NCBI GenBank assembly: GCA_964199315.1
Contig: OZ116709.1
Coordinates: forward strand, 26,598,001 to 26,662,000
Source of the DNA: Orbicella franksi
Taxonomy: Eukaryota
DNA: 64,000 bases
Direction: 5' to 3'
In this document: positions 59,288-64,000 of the stretch, in pieces
Layout of the letters: each line of letters begins with the position of its first letter
Numbering within the stretch: the first letter of the stretch is position 1
The notes under the pieces: generated by a model
Told to the model about the DNA's origin: nothing
Database searches by the model: none
What the model saw: the letters and a program-made list of their open reading frames with translations, nothing else
Translations under genes and position numbers: made by a program

Positions 59288-59719
59288 CTTGGATGTATCT
59301 CCCACAATTCCATGGAGACGCGCAATGAGGTAGTCTCGCGGAGAGCGCGTGAGTGCGCGGAACGAGAGATAAGCACGCGTGTATCTCGCGCTTCATTAAA
59401 AACGAATTATGAACGGGCAGTTCCTTAAGTAGACGCAAAATTATATCCAGAGTGATTTCGATCCTTAATCTTCTAATTTTAACAAGTTAAACCCTCCATG
59501 ATTAGCCCAAAAAATGAACTTGTGGGAACTCGGGGAGTACTTTGAAAGTGATATCTGATGTATCCCCTTTTCTCTGAGGGCAATTAAATTTTGATCAGGC
59601 GATGTCAAAAAGAGCACATGCATCTCATGGAGCCTGGAAATTTCATTTGCCTCACGAGTCGTTTTGCTTTATGAGTGATCTCAGTTGTAATGTCCCCTTC
59701 CCAATGGTATGGTAATTTT

Positions 59720-62700
59720 GATTTTGATCAACTTCGGCTCGATTTCCCGGAACTTGGGGGAAATTTTCCAGTCCCGGGGAATTTCAACTAACTCCTGATT
59801 ACCTTGGTTTGCAGTGAAATGGACACAGCAAAACTTTTTAAACCCTCACTTTAGAGCTTTTAAGCCGAAATAGAGCCCCACCTCACTTTAAGACTGATAG
59901 AGTAGCCGAGACCGCCTTACGTGCATCGCGATTTTGACCAACTTCGACTTCATTTCCGGGAACTTGGGGGATATTTTCTAGTTCCGGGGACTCTAAACTA
60001 ACTCCTGATTGCCTTGGTTTGCAGTGAAATAGACACAGCACAACGTTTTGAACGCTTACTTTCAAGCGTCTGGGCCGAAATGTACCCCCACTTCACTTAA
60101 AGACTGAGAGAGTAGCCGAGACCGCCTTTCGAGGATCGTGATTTTGACCAACTTCGGCTCGATTTCCCGGAACTTGGGGGATATTTTCCAGTCCCGGGGA
60201 ATTTCAACTAACTCCTGATTACCTTGGTTTGCAGTGAAATGGACACAGCAAAACTTTTTAAACGCTCACGTTAGAGCTTTTCGGCCGAAATAAAGCCCCA
60301 CCTCAGTTTAAGACTGATAGAGTAGCCCAGACCGCCTAACCCGCATCGTGATTTTGACCCAATTCGCCTTGTTATCCCGGAACTTGGGAGATATTATCCA
60401 GTCCCGGAGACACTAAACTAACTCCTAATGGCCTTGGTTTGCAGTGAAATGGAAAGAGCAAAACTTTTTAAACACCCACTTTTAAACACCCAGCTTCTAG
60501 GCCAAGATATAGCCCCACTTCACTTTAAAACTGAAAGAGTAGCCGAGACGACCTTACGCGCATCGTGATTTTGACCAACTTCAGCTCGATTTCCCGGAAC
60601 TTGGGGTATATTTTCCAGTCCCGGGGACTCTAAACTAACTCCTGATGGCCTTGGTTTGCAGTGAAATGGACACAGCAAAACGTTTTGAACGCTCACTTTC
60701 AAGCTTCTGGGCCAAGATATAGCCCCACTTCACTTTAAAACTGAAAGAGTAGCCGAGACGGCCTTACGCGCATCGTGATTTTGACCAACTTCAGTCCAAT
60801 TTCCCCGAACTTGGGGTATATTTTCCAGTCCCGGGAACTCTAAACTAACTCCTGATGGCCTTGGTTTGCAGTGAAATATGACACAGCGAACCTTTTTGAA
60901 CGATCACTTTCGAGCTTCTGGGCTGAAATATAAGCCCACTTCACTTTAAGACTGAAAGAGTAGCTGAGACCGCCTTGCGCGTATCGTGATTTTGACCAAG
61001 TTCCGTTCGACTTCCCGGAACTTGGGGGATATTTTGCAGTCACGGGGACACTAAATTAACTCCTGATGGCCTTGGTTTGCAGAGAAATGGATACAGGTAA
61101 AACGATCGCACGCTCGGTTTCCAGCTTCTAGGCCAAAATATAGCCCCACTTCATTTTAAGCCTGAAAGAGTAGCTGAGACCGCGTTGCGCGCATCGTGAT
61201 TTTGAGCAACTTTGGCTCGATTTGCCGGAACATAGGGGATATTTCCCAGTCCCGCGGACTCTAATCTAACTCCTGATGGCCTTAGTTTTCAGTAAAATGG
61301 ACACAGGTAAAAGAATCGCACGATCGGTGTCGAGCTTCTAGGCCGAAATATAGCGCCACTTCACTTTGGGACTAAAAGAGTAGCCGAGACCGCCTTACGC
61401 CCATCGTAATTTTGATCAACTTTGGCTGGATTCGCCGGAACTTGCGGGATATTTTCCAGTCTCGCCGACTGTAAGCTAACTCCTGATGGCCTTAGTTTTC
61501 AGCGAAGTTGACACAAGTAAAAGAAGCGCACGCTCGGTGTCGAGCTTTTAGGCCGAATAATAGCCCCACTTCATTTTAAGAATGTAAGAGTAGCCGAGTC
61601 CCCGTTACGCGCATCGTGATTTTGAGCAACTTTCGCTCGATTTGCCGAAACTTGGGGAGATATTTTCCCGTCCTGGGAACTCTAAACTAACTCCTGATGG
61701 CCTTAGTTTTAAGTGAAATGGACAGAGGCAAAAGGAGCGCACGCTCGGTGTCGAGCTTCTAGGCCAAAATATAGCCCACTTCATTTTAAGGCTGAAAAAG
61801 TAGCCGAGACCGCATTACGCGCATCGTGATTTTGAGCAACTTTTCCTCGATTTGCCGAAACTTGGGGGATATTTTTCAGACCCGGGGACTCTAAGCTAAC
61901 TCCTGAAGGTCTTAGTTTTCAGTGAAATGGACCCACGTAAAAGGAGCGCACGCTCAGTGTCGAGCTTCTAGACTGAAAAATAGCCCCACTTCATTTTAAG
62001 ACTGTAAGAGTAGATCAAACCGCCTTACGCGCATCGTGATTTTGAGCCAGTATGGCTCGATTTGCCCAAACTTGGCAACATTTTCCAGTCCTGGGGACTC
62101 TAAAGGAACTCCTGATGGCCTTAGCTTTTAGTGAAATGGACACAGGTAAAAGGAGCGCACGCTCGGTGTCGAGCTTGTAAGCCGAAATATAGCCCCACGG
62201 CATTTTAAGACTGAAAAAGTAGACGAGACCGCCTTACGAGCATCGTGATTTTGAGCCACTATAGCTCGATTTTCCGAAACTCGGGGGATATTTTCCAGTC
62301 CCGGAGACGCTAAACTAACTCCTGATGGCCTTAGTTTTCAGTGAATGATACACAGTTAAAAGGAGCGCACGCTCGGTGTAGAGCTTCTAGGCCGAAATAT
62401 AGCCCCACTTCATTTTAAGACTGAAAGAGTAGCCGTGACCGCCTTACGCGCATCGTTTTTTTGAGCAACTTTAAATGGATTTGCCGGAACTTGGGGGATA
62501 TTTTTCAGTCGTGGGGAATCTAAACTAACTCCTGATGGCCTTAGCTTTCAGTGAAATGGACACAGGTAAAAGGGGCGCACGCTCGGTGTCGAGCTGCTAG
62601 GCTAAAATATAGGCCCACCTCATTTTAAGACTGAAAGGGTAGACGAAACCGCCTTACGCGCATCGTGATTTTGAGCCACCACGGCTCATTTTGCCGAAAC

Positions 62701-64000
62701 TTAGGGGATATTTTCCAGTACCGGGGACACTAAACTAATTTTTGATGGCCTTACTTTTCAAAGAAATGGACATAGGTAAAAGGAGCGCACGGTCAGTGTT
62801 GAGGATTTAGGCCGAAATATACCCCCTCTTTACTTTAAATTAAAAGAGTAGCCGAGACCGCCTTTCGTGCATGGTGATTTTCAGCAACTTTGGCTAGATT
62901 TGCCGAAACTTACGGGATATTTTCCAGTTACAGGGACTCTAAACTAACTCCTGATGGCCTTAGTTTTCAGTGAAATGGCCACAGGTAAAAGCAGCGCACG
63001 CTCGGTATCGAGCTTCTAGGCCGAAATATAGCCCCACATCATTTGACGACTGAAAGAGGAGACGAGACCGCCTTAAGCGCATCGTGATTTTGAGCCACTT
63101 TGGCTTGATGTGCCAAAACTTGAGGGATATTTTCGAGTTCCGAGAACTCTAAACTAACTTCTGATGCCCTTAGTTTTAAGTCCAATGGACACACTTAAAA
63201 GGAGCGCACGCCCGGTGTCAAGCTTCTAGACCGAAATATAGCCCACTTCATTTTAAGACTGAAAGAGTAGCCGAGACCGCCTTACGTGCATCGTGATTTT
63301 AAGCCACTTTAGCTCGATTTGCCGAAACTTGGGGGACATTTTGATATCCTGGGGACTCTAAACTAACTCGTAATGGCCTTACTTTTCAGTGAAATGGACA
63401 CAGGCAAAAGGAGCGCACGCTCGGTGTCGAGCTTCTACACCGAAATATAGCCCCACTTTTTTTTAAGACTGAAAGAGTAGCCGAGACCGCCCTACGCGCA
63501 TCGTGATTTTGAGCAACTTTGGCTCCCTTTAACGAAACTTGGGGGATATTTTCCAGTCCCGGGGACTCTAATCTAACTCGTGATTGCCTTAGTTTTCAGT
63601 GAAATTGACACAGGCAAAAAGAGCGCACGCTAGGTGTCAACCTTCTAGGCCGAAATATATTCCCACTTTATTTTAAGACTCAAAGAGTAGACGAGACCGC
63701 CTGACGCGCATCGTGATTTTGAGCAACTCTGGCTCGATTTGCCGGAAGTTGGGGGATATTTTCCAGTTGTGGACCCTTAAAACTAACTCCTGATGGCCTT
63801 AGTTTTCAGCGAAATGGGGAAAGGTTAAAGGAGCGCACGCTCGGTGTCAAGCTTCTAGGCCGAAAATATAGCCCCACTTTATTTTAAGACTGAAAGAGTA
63901 GCCAAGACTGCCTCACGCTCATTGTGATTTTGAGCATTTTTGCCTCCATTTGCCGGAATTTGGGGGATATTTTCCAGTTCTCGGAACTCTAAATTAACTC
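59720..64000. repeat. 210-bp satellite DNA array, about 20 units, running off the window end
   Basis: The anchor aactcctgat (or a variant) recurs at 59791, 60001, 60211, 60421, 60638, 60848, 61059, 61269 ... 63786, 63997. Spacing is 209-211 bp, with one interval of 217. Confidence 0.97.

Noticed and set aside
59720-64000. Repeated short ORFs (MKVSVQNV...) or an RNA-gene array in the satellite
   Set aside because: Frames are broken between monomers, and no tRNA, 5S or snRNA structure was recognised. No canonical CENP-B box was found by eye.

Overview
Eukaryotic, AT-rich, intron-rich animal DNA. It is most probably cnidarian (stony-coral-like), inferred from the repeat families, the ShKT gene and the gene structure. 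Most ORFs in the supplied track are spurious. Hand-splicing GT-AG exons gives four protein-coding genes. (1) A small minus-strand gene, largely missed by the ORF track, encoding a 76-aa secreted, strongly cationic single-ShKT (aurelin/ShK-fold) peptide precursor with a TATA+Inr promoter. (2) HIRA on the + strand: 32 exons, 3003 nt, 1000 aa. (3) A prostanoid-receptor-like class A GPCR on the + strand that has lost several canonical activation motifs and has two possible C-tails. (4) A 14-exon minus-strand gene for a probably secreted six-bladed NHL/Vgb-type beta-propeller of about 347 aa. Introns and intergenic DNA carry many MITEs, three tRNA-derived SINE-like elements and perfect palindromes. 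One Harbinger-like MITE has an internal 54-bp segment expanded into a 15-unit minisatellite with incipient higher-order structure. From about 59720 to the window end lies a 210-bp satellite array with a subfamily gradient. All gene models were derived by eye and need RNA-seq confirmation.
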